Assembly: GCA_041690595.1 (NCBI GenBank)
Contig: JAWLHB010000027.1
Coordinates: 1 to 35,728 of the forward strand
Origin: Lentisphaeria bacterium
GTDB lineage: Bacteria; Verrucomicrobiota; Lentisphaeria; JABSQK01; JAWLHB01
Direction: 5' to 3'
Length of the DNA stretch: 35,728 bases
Part shown: one piece after another, positions 27,849 through 35,728 of the stretch
Layout: each line of letters starts with the position of its first letter
How positions within the stretch are numbered: the first letter of the stretch is position 1
Translations under genes and position numbers: made by a program
Notes under the pieces: generated by a model
What the model was told of the DNA's origin: nothing
The model's database searches: none
The model's input: only the letters and a program-made list of their open reading frames with translations

Positions 27849-30341
27849 TTAGAATACATCACCTTCGGAGAAACTACCCAGCTTGTTGGTGAGGACCCAT
27901 TGGACGGTGGCATCGTGGCCGAGCTCGCTGAGGTCAAGGGTCTCGACGGCGATGTCCGCGCGCATGGTGGCGAGAGTGAAGACGCCGCGGCCATTGGGCG
28001 CTACCTCGTGAGCCCACCAGTCGCCGCTGAGGGCGAAGGGAATGGTTTGCTGCGTGCCAGTATTCAGGGCATGGCTGGTATCGGCGCCGAAGATGTGGAC
28101 GAAGCGTCTCTGGCTCTCGTCGGGGGTGAAGTCGCCGCCGAGGATATGATAACCGTTGCCCACGGCGAGGCGGTAAAGCCAACCGGCTTCGCTGAAGAGG
28201 TCGACAACTTCGTAGGTGGTGTTGCGGGTGGCGAGGAGGGTGGCCTGGCCGGTTGCATAGTCGACGACGAGCCAGCCGTTGTAGGTGATGTTGGCGACGC
28301 CGTTGTTTCCGGCGCGGATGCCGGTGATGGAGGAGCGGTAGAGGACGGTGGCATCGGTTGCGGCGATGGCCGGGTTATCCGCGGGGGGAGCGAGCTGCTC
28401 CTGGGGGCTGCCGCTGGGCAGGGTGACGCCAAGCTTGGTGGCGAGGTCCTGGAGGACGTTGCCAAGGCTGGTATTCTCCTGGTTGTAAGCGCGGGTCTCG
28501 GTCAGCATGATGCGGGCGCTTGTCGTACCCATGCCGAGGTTGACGGTGCCGCTGGTGACGCCGGAGCGGGTGGCGCCGGTCAATGCGGCGGCAATGTCGC
28601 CGACGGCGCGGCCGCCGAGGTTGATGTTGCGATGGAGGCTGCCGTAGAGGTGCTTGTAGTCGTAGGAGGCGGCTGTCTCGGCGGGCTGCAGGGGCGCAAT
28701 GCCGCCATTGGTGATGAACCAGTAGTCGCCGGAGCCGATGTTGCCGGTGTAGAGGAGGCCGGTATCGGTCCAGGTGGAGACACTGGAGGTGCCATTGGTG
28801 TACTTGACCATGCACGTGGCGCTGTTGCTGTTGAGATTGATGACGAGGTAGCCATCGCCATTGCGCGGGGTGCCGCTGGTGGTGTAGACGTTGCCGCGCT
28901 CCTGGTAGGAGTAGACGACGTTGCGGGTGTTGTCGGAGTTGAGGACGGTAATGGTCACGGTGTTGGACTGTCCGTAGCCATCGGCTTCGGCGGTGATCTG
29001 GACATCATTGTCGCCATCCAATACCTCGTCCTGAACGCCCGAAATGGCGAAGGTGCCGGAGGATTGTCCGCTGCGAATACGCATGGCCGCGGGAACGGTG
29101 GCCTCGGTTTCGTCGCTGCTGGTGAGGAGGACTTCCAGTTCGTCGCCCGTGCCGTTGCGGGTGACGACGCCAACTGCGGTGGAGCCTTCGGAAACGGTGC
29201 TCTGCTGCAGGGAGAGGGTGAGGGTGCCGGTATCATTGTCGGTGATGGTGACGATGCCGGCGTCCTTGAGGATGGAGGTGTTGGAGCTGGCGTTACGCAG
29301 GCGAACGCGGAACCGCTCCGGGTCTTTCTGATCGTCGTCCTTGACGGTGACGGTGATGGTGCGCTCCGTCGTTCCAGCGGGGAACTGGAGAGTTCCGGAA
29401 GTGGGGACGAAGTCGGCATTGGCGGTGGCGGTGTCTGCTTCGGTGATGTACTGGACGGTGCTGGAAGAGGCGAGGGCTTCGCTGAGTGTCACGGTGAGCG
29501 TCCCGGTGGAATCGGTGCCATTGTCGCTTTCGGCCACGGTGATATCGTCAATGCTGAACAAGGGGACCTGCTGATCGACGATGGTGATTGGGGCGTAGTA
29601 GTCGGTGAGATCGAAGGCGGGGTGGGAGGTGGAGACCATGCGCACATAGAAGATCTCGTCTCCCTCCTGTTGCAGGTCGTTGAGGATCTGCACGGAAACG
29701 GTCTGGGAAGTGGTACCGGCGGGGAAGTTGACGGTGCCGGAAGCGGCGGCATAGTCGACGCCTTCGATGGCGGTCTGCTGCTGGGTCCGCCAGGTTACGG
29801 TGACGGGGAACTGGAGGGCCATGTTGATGTTGATGGTGGTGGTAGCCATACCGACCGTTTCGAGGACGCGTGCCGAGGCGACGCTCAGCTTCACGTCGTC
29901 GGTATCGACAATAGCGCCAATAGCCTCGCCAATATGGATCTGGGCATTGACGGGATTGCTGAGCTGGATCTTGACGTATTCTTCGACTTCGTTAACCACA
30001 TCCCCGAGGATGTTGACGGTGATGGAGTTCCAGGTCTGGCCCGGGTTGAAGTTGAGCGTGCCGCTCACGGGCGTATAATCCTGGCTGGGAGTCGCGGAAT
30101 CCGGAACGGTAGCGTAATCGACGCTGATGGTCTCGGAACTGGCTTCGGAGAGGCTGACACCGAAGGTCATCTGGGATATTTCCGAATCGCCTTCCGCGAC
30201 GGGATCGGCATCGCTGATGGTGATGAGGATCTGGGCATGGAGGGTTGTCTGCAGCAGCAGGAAACCGACGATAGCCAGTGCGAGCGCCAATACTGAACGA
30301 TCTGAGCTGATGAGTGCAGAATGAGTGTGGGTGCCGGTCAT
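27849..30341 (-). CDS. Secreted Calx-beta repeat surface protein (paralog B, ~830 aa)
   Basis: Signal-like VLALALAIVGFLLLQTTLHA; three Calx-beta repeats (V.Y.T...TA....DY....GTL.F.PG) plus one Ig-like unit; ggagg RBS before ATG 30341. Confidence 0.88.
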   Translation of the reverse strand: MTGTHTHSALISSDRSVLALALAIVGFLLLQTTLHAQILITISDADPVAEGDSEISQMTFGVSLSEASSETISVDYATVPDSATPSQDYTPVSGTLNFNPGQTWNSITVNILGDVVNEVEEYVKIQLSNPVNAQIHIGEAIGAIVDTDDVKLSVASARVLETVGMATTTININMALQFPVTVTWRTQQQTAIEGVDYAAASGTVNFPAGTTSQTVSVQILNDLQQEGDEIFYVRMVSTSHPAFDLTDYYAPITIVDQQVPLFSIDDITVAESDNGTDSTGTLTVTLSEALASSSTVQYITEADTATANADFVPTSGTLQFPAGTTERTITVTVKDDDQKDPERFRVRLRNASSNTSILKDAGIVTITDNDTGTLTLSLQQSTVSEGSTAVGVVTRNGTGDELEVLLTSSDETEATVPAAMRIRSGQSSGTFAISGVQDEVLDGDNDVQITAEADGYGQSNTVTITVLNSDNTRNVVYSYQERGNVYTTSGTPRNGDGYLVINLNSNSATCMVKYTNGTSSVSTWTDTGLLYTGNIGSGDYWFITNGGIAPLQPAETAASYDYKHLYGSLHRNINLGGRAVGDIAAALTGATRSGVTSGTVNLGMGTTSARIMLTETRAYNQENTSLGNVLQDLATKLGVTLPSGSPQEQLAPPADNPAIAATDATVLYRSSITGIRAGNNGVANITYNGWLVVDYATGQATLLATRNTTYEVVDLFSEAGWLYRLAVGNGYHILGGDFTPDESQRRFVHIFGADTSHALNTGTQQTIPFALSGDWWAHEVAPNGRGVFTLATMRADIAVETLDLSELGHDATVQWVLTNKLGSFSEGDVF

Positions 30342-30723
30342 GGGGGGAACCTCCGCGGGATGACGAGTTGACTGCGAGTTGAGATGGTCCTCTCGACCGG
30401 CAAGCGTGGAAGCTGCCATGGAGAGGCGACGAGGGCAGTGGAAGGGAATAAGCCACCAGGCTTTAATGAAGCGGTTGCCGGGCGATCTGGGCAATGCTCC
30501 ATCCCATGTGGTTACGCTAAAGGATGTGCCGCATGCGCCGCAAATTGGGGCCTCTTGACGGCCATCAGATTTCGTCCTGTTCAGGTTTCTCCGTGTGTGT
30601 GTGATGGAGTCGTAAGTGTCTGTAGATGAGGGGTTTGTGGAAAATTGATGTTTCATGTTCCTTGTGGTTGTCAAGGGTTCGGAAAAGCTGGTTCAACTTC
30701 TTGAAGAATGAGTTGGGTGGCTG

Positions 30724-30773
30724 AAAACGAAGGCGCCCCGTTCCTCTGGCGAGAGTGAAACGGGGCGCATTCG
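30724..30773 (-). terminator. Rho-independent terminator after the first Calx-beta gene
   Basis: gcgccccgtt/aacggggcgc stem with flanking cgaa/ttcg, then TTTT on the minus strand. Confidence 0.7.
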
Positions 30774-30793
30774 ATCAGGATTGGAAGGATGCT

Positions 30794-33307
30794 TTAGTCG
30801 TTGTTGGGATCCTCTTGATAGCCAGGCAGCAGGTTGATGAGAACGTACTGGGTGGCCTCTTCGATTCCGACGCGAGGGGTGTTGAGGTTGATGGTCTCGC
30901 CCCGAATGGAGGCGGTCCAGGAGAGCTTGCCGTAGTTGTTGGTGCCGGCGAAGCCAGTCAGCTCATGCTCCCACAAATCGCCATTCAGTTGGAAGGGAAT
31001 AGTATGGGTTGCGCTGGTATTGAGGGAATGGGAGATCAACTGGCCATAGGCGACGATGACATCGGCCTGGGTTACGGACTGGTCGACAATCGAATTGAAG
31101 CCGCCAAGGATCTGGTAGCTGGAAGTGCCGACATCGAGCGTGTACCAGACTTCAGCCTGGGGCGACCAATCGGTGATCTCATAGTAGCGATTGCCGCTTT
31201 CGGTGAAGGCGGTAATGATGCGCACTTCGTGGGTGCCGTAGTCGACGAGGAGGAATCCGGGCTCGCTCAACGACTCGACCTCGCCGCTGCCTGCTTCGAG
31301 ACCAGTGGCCCGGAAGTTATAGAGGGCGATGGTGTCGGTGGCCGCTGCGCTGGCCGAAACCTTGGTTTCTTCTACCTGGGTCGAGGTGTCGCTGGTGATT
31401 CCCAGCAAGGTGGCCAGGTTACCGACCAGAACGTCGTGCGGAATGTTGTCGGAATTGGCGTCGACTGTACGTGCATAGTCGAGCCTGGCAGCCAGAGTGG
31501 CTATGGAAAAGATCGTGGAGCCGGTGGAGTCACCGGCACGCAGCTCGCCGGCGAGATTGACCGCCACATTGCCGTTGGCGCCGCCCAGATCTACTTGAGT
31601 GGGATACTGCTCGCCGAGCAGCTGCCGATACTCAAACTGGTCGATCAGCTCAACGGGGACGACCTCGGTCCATCCGCCCCCAACGAGAACCCAATAGGTG
31701 CGGTTTCCACCGATGTCGATGGTGTACAGGTCAGCAAGCCACGGCTCGATCTCGCCGGTGCCGTTGGCATAGCGCACGACGCTGGTGACCTGTTCCGTAT
31801 CCAGATCGATGACCAGGAACCCGTTTCCAGCGATGGGCTGGTTGATGGCGCCATAGATGTTGCCGCGTATGCTGTAGCTGTAGATCAGGTTCCGCGTCTG
31901 CTCATCATCCGTCACGGTGACCGTCGCCGTCACATCAGGATTACCCAGACTGGAAGCCGTGATGGTGACGGTCTGACTGCCGTCGATGTCGTCGTCGTCG
32001 ACGGCATTGACGAGGAAGGTGGCGGTGGATTCATTGAGGCCGAAGGTGACGGAGGCAGGAACGGTGGCTTCGCTGGTGTCGCTCGATTCGAGTTCCACGA
32101 GCAGAGTACCGACGCTATTGCGGGTGAGGGTACCCAGTGCAGCTCCGCTGCCGGCGCCTTCGGAGAAGGTCGTGGGAGAAATGACGAGGGTGAGCGTCTC
32201 GCCATCGTCATCGATGATGGTCGCTTCGCCAGTGGCATCGGCGATCGAGGCATTGACGGCGGCGGAGAGACCGACCGTGAAGGTTTCATTGCCTTCCGCG
32301 GCGGTGTCGCCGACGATGGTGACGGTTATGCTCTGGGTGGTGACGCCGGCGGGGAAGGTGAGGACGCCGGAGGTGCTGACGTAGTCGGTGCCCGCGGTTG
32401 CGGTGCCTTGCGTAGTGGCATAATCGACCGTGACCTCGAGGGCGCTGCTGTCGGAGAGGGTTACGGTGAAGACCGCGGTATTCTGATCGCCCACATCACC
32501 TTCGTTGACGTTGACGTCATCGATGGAGAGATTCGGCACCTGAGCATCGACGATGGTGATGAAGGCAACGGAGCGCTCGAGCACGGCGTTGACGGGATTC
32601 GTCAGTTCGATGGTGAATTCTTCATCACCCTCGACATTCTGATCTTCGTTCAGCTCGACCACAATGACCTGCTCTTCCACGCCGGGCGCGAAGGTGAGGG
32701 TGCCACTGGCCGCGACATAGTCATTGCCTGCGAGGGCCGTGTCGTCGGCGGTGGCATAGTCGACCGTTACGGTGAATGGGGAGGGCTGGCTGAGGGTGAC
32801 GGTGGCGGTCACGCTACCGGCGGATTCGAGGCCACTGGCGTTGGCGATGCTGATTTGCACATCGTCATCGAGGATGGTAGCGACGCCGGAGCTTTTTTCG
32901 AAGGTGGCATCGCCGGCAATGTCGCTGAGTTCGAGGGTGAAGGTTTCGTCGCCCTCGACATCGGTGTCGCCGACGATGGAGATCTCGACCGTCTGTTCCA
33001 CGACGCCTGGCGCGAAGGTGACGTTGCCGGTTGAGGCGACGTAGTCAGCACCCTGCGTGGCCGTAGCATCCTGCGTCGCATAGGTGACGCTGATGGGTGC
33101 GGGTTCGGCGGCGGCGAGGCTGATCGTGAAGGTGGCAACGGAGGTGCCGGTGTCGCCTTCCACGATGGAGATGTCATCCACGGATATGTTGGTTGCCGCG
33201 TGTGTTGTTGTGGCCACCAGCCACGTGGCAATTGTGCAGACGACGAGCAGCATACGCCATCCGCTGGTGAAGGTCGACAATGCATGGATCTTTCTGGGCA
33301 GGTTCAT
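30794..33307 (-). CDS. Secreted Calx-beta repeat surface protein (paralog A, ~837 aa)
   Basis: Signal-like LLVVCTIATWLVATTTHA; same three Calx-beta plus Ig-like layout as paralog B; aaggag RBS before ATG 33307. Confidence 0.88.
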   Translation of the reverse strand: MNLPRKIHALSTFTSGWRMLLVVCTIATWLVATTTHAATNISVDDISIVEGDTGTSVATFTISLAAAEPAPISVTYATQDATATQGADYVASTGNVTFAPGVVEQTVEISIVGDTDVEGDETFTLELSDIAGDATFEKSSGVATILDDDVQISIANASGLESAGSVTATVTLSQPSPFTVTVDYATADDTALAGNDYVAASGTLTFAPGVEEQVIVVELNEDQNVEGDEEFTIELTNPVNAVLERSVAFITIVDAQVPNLSIDDVNVNEGDVGDQNTAVFTVTLSDSSALEVTVDYATTQGTATAGTDYVSTSGVLTFPAGVTTQSITVTIVGDTAAEGNETFTVGLSAAVNASIADATGEATIIDDDGETLTLVISPTTFSEGAGSGAALGTLTRNSVGTLLVELESSDTSEATVPASVTFGLNESTATFLVNAVDDDDIDGSQTVTITASSLGNPDVTATVTVTDDEQTRNLIYSYSIRGNIYGAINQPIAGNGFLVIDLDTEQVTSVVRYANGTGEIEPWLADLYTIDIGGNRTYWVLVGGGWTEVVPVELIDQFEYRQLLGEQYPTQVDLGGANGNVAVNLAGELRAGDSTGSTIFSIATLAARLDYARTVDANSDNIPHDVLVGNLATLLGITSDTSTQVEETKVSASAAATDTIALYNFRATGLEAGSGEVESLSEPGFLLVDYGTHEVRIITAFTESGNRYYEITDWSPQAEVWYTLDVGTSSYQILGGFNSIVDQSVTQADVIVAYGQLISHSLNTSATHTIPFQLNGDLWEHELTGFAGTNNYGKLSWTASIRGETINLNTPRVGIEEATQYVLINLLPGYQEDPNND

Positions 33308-33561
33308 CTGAACTCTCCTTGTTGTAGTACGTTCGGCACCCCGTACTCCATCCTGTCGCTGCGATTTCAATCCCTTCCGGAACGGCAGGCGGGATTCTCG
33401 TCAGGAGATCACCGCGACGGGAAAATGCAGAGTTCGTGAGAGTGCCATTTGCTTCCATCTACAATAGGTTGCGGTGTCCACCATCTGCAGCCAGGAGTCG
33501 TTGCCCATCCCCTTTTCAGTGGCCCATCAGGGGGTTGGACGATTATTCGTATAGTCCGCAA

Positions 33562-33574
33562 TATCAACGGGTTA
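33562..33574 (+). promoter_or_regulatory. IHF-consensus site upstream of Calx-beta paralog A
   Basis: TATCAACGGGTTA matches WATCAANNNNTTR within an AT-richer intergenic stretch. Confidence 0.35.
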
Positions 33575-33675
33575 CGACCAATTTTCAGATGATATACCGG
33601 TCCCGATCAGATGATGTTCAAGAAGCCGAAACTTCTATCGAAACTTTTTCGGGAAGTCCGACGGGGGTGCGGTAA

Positions 33676-34257
33676 TCACGTCGTGGCGCGTGGCGAGGAA
33701 GGGCGTGTGGTCTGCCCGGCATCGGCTTCGCCAGGGCGGTGACGGCGACGCTTGATCAAGTCGCGGACCATGAGGAGGAGGAGGAGGGCGAGTCCGCCCC
33801 ACAACAGGGTCCCGATCAGCAGGCTGCCAAGTTGGTGGACGGCCGCCACTTCCACGTCCATGGGGCGGCTTGCGAGCCGTTCAATCCGGGCGCTGTAGTC
33901 GGGGGTGCTGACCACAAACTGGCGGAGGGTCTGCCAGAAGGTGGCGCCGGGCAGAAAAGCCAGGGTCAAGGCAAAGCGGTCCACGAGCCAGAAGATACCC
34001 GCTCCTGCTCGCAGGACCAGCAAGGCGACGATAGTCGTCGCCAGGATGAGGCGCACGCTCCGCCGCATGGCTCCGGGCGACGAGCGCCTCCGGCTTTCCG
34101 CCGCAAGTTGGCTGCAGCGGAAGACGGCGACGGTTCGCCGCGCCAATCCCTCATCCGGCCGATGCTCCAGATCGAGCTCGCGCACGGCATGATCATGGGC
34201 CGCCTTATCTGGAAAGAGGGCTTCGAAATCTTTGCGTGTCTCGTCGTTATGCATCAT
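33676..34257 (-). CDS. Membrane protein, candidate anti-sigma factor
   Basis: Overlaps the ECF sigma stop and has an aggag RBS; soluble N-terminus followed by two or three hydrophobic segments. Confidence 0.65.
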   Translation of the reverse strand: MMHNDETRKDFEALFPDKAAHDHAVRELDLEHRPDEGLARRTVAVFRCSQLAAESRRRSSPGAMRRSVRLILATTIVALLVLRAGAGIFWLVDRFALTLAFLPGATFWQTLRQFVVSTPDYSARIERLASRPMDVEVAAVHQLGSLLIGTLLWGGLALLLLLMVRDLIKRRRHRPGEADAGQTTRPSSPRATT

Positions 34258-34831
34258 CGCTCTCCTGCCCGGGCAGGGGGTCGCCATCTTCGATCATGGG
34301 GCGCAGCATGCGGCGCAGGCCATTGCGCGCGCGGTCGAGCATGCCGCGCAATGCACCATTGGAGACACCCATAGCCAGTTCGATGGAGGCATAATCCATG
34401 TTTTCGAAGTAACGCATGGTGACTGCCAGGCGTTGTCGTTCGGGGAGCAGGTGCAGGGCGGCCAGGATGCCTCGCCGCATGTCGTCGCGCTCGAGCCTCC
34501 ATCCGGGTCGATGGCCGTGGGGGTCGGGCAGCTCGCCGACCACGTCATCTTCCAGCAGGATGGGTCGCTTCCGGCGTAGCCAGTCGCGGGCGAGGTTGCG
34601 GGAGATGGCCATCAGCCAGGCTGGGAACTTCTCGGGATCCACAAGCAGCTTGCGGTAGGTATAGGCTTTGATAAAGGCATCCTGCACCACGTCCTCGGTC
34701 TCTGCCGAATTGTGGAGCATGCCGATCACCTGCGCATAGAGGAGGCCGCTATACTGGTGGATGAGATGCTCGAACGCATCCTGATCCCCAGCCAGAGCCT
34801 GTTCTATGACAGCTTTGAGTTCTTGGTCCAT
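34247..34831 (-). CDS. ECF-type RNA polymerase sigma factor
   Basis: GDQDAFEHL, EDVVQDAFIKAY, FPAWLMAISRN, LPERQRLAV and region-4 HTH. Confidence 0.93.
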   Translation of the reverse strand: MDQELKAVIEQALAGDQDAFEHLIHQYSGLLYAQVIGMLHNSAETEDVVQDAFIKAYTYRKLLVDPEKFPAWLMAISRNLARDWLRRKRPILLEDDVVGELPDPHGHRPGWRLERDDMRRGILAALHLLPERQRLAVTMRYFENMDYASIELAMGVSNGALRGMLDRARNGLRRMLRPMIEDGDPLPGQESDDA

Positions 34832-34882
34832 CGGCTCACCCTTCCGACGTTTGGATTACTATACCGTCTACAGGCATGAACT

Positions 34883-35728
34883 TCAATTTCCAGTAAAAGC
34901 GCCCGCTATTTCGAAGAGGGGCAGAAACATGGCTGCCACAATGCAGCCGACGATGCCGCCCAGAAGGACGATCATCAAGGGTTCGATCAGGGCGGTCAGC
35001 GCCTCCACGGCGCGATCGACCCGCCGTTCGTAGGTTGCGGCGATCCGGCTCAGCATGGAGGGGAGCGCCCCGGTCTGCTCTCCTACCGAAACCATGCTGA
35101 CCATCAGCGGCGGAAAGACGCCGGATGCCTCCATCGGGCCGGCCATCCCTTCTCCTTCGCGGACCGCCTCATGAACCTGCTGCACGGCGCGGGCCACGAT
35201 GGCATTGCCGGCTGTATCGCGCACGATCAGCAGGGCGTTGAGTACGGGAACGCCGGCTTCGAGGAGGGTGCCGAGCGTCGAGCAGAAATGGGCGGTGTGG
35301 GTCTTGGTCACCAGGTCGCGGAAGGGTGGGGCGTTGAGCGAGATGTAGTCGAGGAGGAGGTTGCCGCGCCGGCTTCGGCGAAGAAGCTTGTAAGCGGCCA
35401 CGAGAAGGACAAGGCCCGCCAACACGAGGGGAAAGCGGTGGGCCAGCGTGTTCGAGATGGCGATGACAAACTCCGTGAGGCGCGGCAAGCGCCCGCCGGG
35501 GGTGATTTCGGTAAAGACGGTGGCGAACTTGGGTACGATGAAAATCATCAGGGCGCTGGTGATCGCGACGGCAACCGTCAAGACTACCATGGGGTAGGCG
35601 AGGGCGGCCTTCACCTTGCTGCGCAGATCGTCGGCGCGTTCGAGGTGATTCGCGAGCTGGGTGAGCACTCCTTCCAGCGCGCCCGATGCTTCCCCGGCGC
35701 GAATCATGTTGACATACAGCCGGTTGAA
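34883..35728 (-). CDS. pilC: Type IV pilus / type II secretion inner-membrane platform protein (PilC/GspF), 5' part outside the window
   Basis: YVNMIRAGEASGALE, KAALAYP, VGEQTGAL, LIEPLMIV and AMFLPLF motifs; frame stays open to the window edge. Confidence 0.9.
   Translation of the reverse strand, partial: FNRLYVNMIRAGEASGALEGVLTQLANHLERADDLRSKVKAALAYPMVVLTVAVAITSALMIFIVPKFATVFTEITPGGRLPRLTEFVIAISNTLAHRFPLVLAGLVLLVAAYKLLRRSRRGNLLLDYISLNAPPFRDLVTKTHTAHFCSTLGTLLEAGVPVLNALLIVRDTAGNAIVARAVQQVHEAVREGEGMAGPMEASGVFPPLMVSMVSVGEQTGALPSMLSRIAATYERRVDRAVEALTALIEPLMIVLLGGIVGCIVAAMFLPLFEIAGAFTGN

Noticed and set aside
30342..30720. Riboswitch (for example c-di-GMP) in the long leader of paralog B
   Set aside because: No conserved aptamer motifs recognised by eye; an Rfam scan would be needed to exclude it.
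27900..33034. 798-aa and 759-aa plus-strand ORFs
   Set aside because: Antisense shadows of the two Calx-beta genes.
33433..33447. TGGCAC upstream of paralog A (and CGGCAC at 30526-30531 upstream of paralog B) as sigma54 promoters
   Set aside because: Neither has GC at the required GG-N10-GC position.

Overview
GC-rich bacterial chromosomal window with about 25 credible protein-coding genes and one tRNA. The gene mix suggests a PVC-type (Lentisphaerae/Planctomycetes-like) host, but this is only an inference. Left to right it holds: a repeat-rich intergenic block; a minus-strand cluster (URO-D-like protein, aguA, aguB, a conserved DxDxDG-motif membrane protein); a CPA2 antiporter with USP-like and PTS EIIA-like domains; a GT4 glycosyltransferase; DUF1638; and tRNA-Pro(TGG). 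The tRNA is followed by a 98-bp-period duplication of its 3' end and a probable serine-recombinase C-terminal remnant. Next come GntR-SDR-GH127, a pRiA4b ORF3-like gene, a zinc-ribbon/secreted phosphatase pair, PhyH plus an atypical M24-fold protein, and a proline-iminopeptidase-family gene behind a good sigma54 promoter facing a divergent sigma54 activator. After a 42x9-bp array come fumC, ilvD, a second PhyH gene, two paralogous Calx-beta surface proteins with an unrecognised duplicated C-terminal domain, an ECF sigma/membrane-protein pair and a truncated PilC/GspF gene. The most unusual signal is non-coding: at least four REP-like palindrome families and several 9-mer arrays recur as mosaics in gaps downstream of genes, and the 9-mer arrays start at the same position next to one element. 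No CRISPR array, cas gene or intact transposase/integrase was seen. All product calls come from motif recognition by eye, with no database searches.
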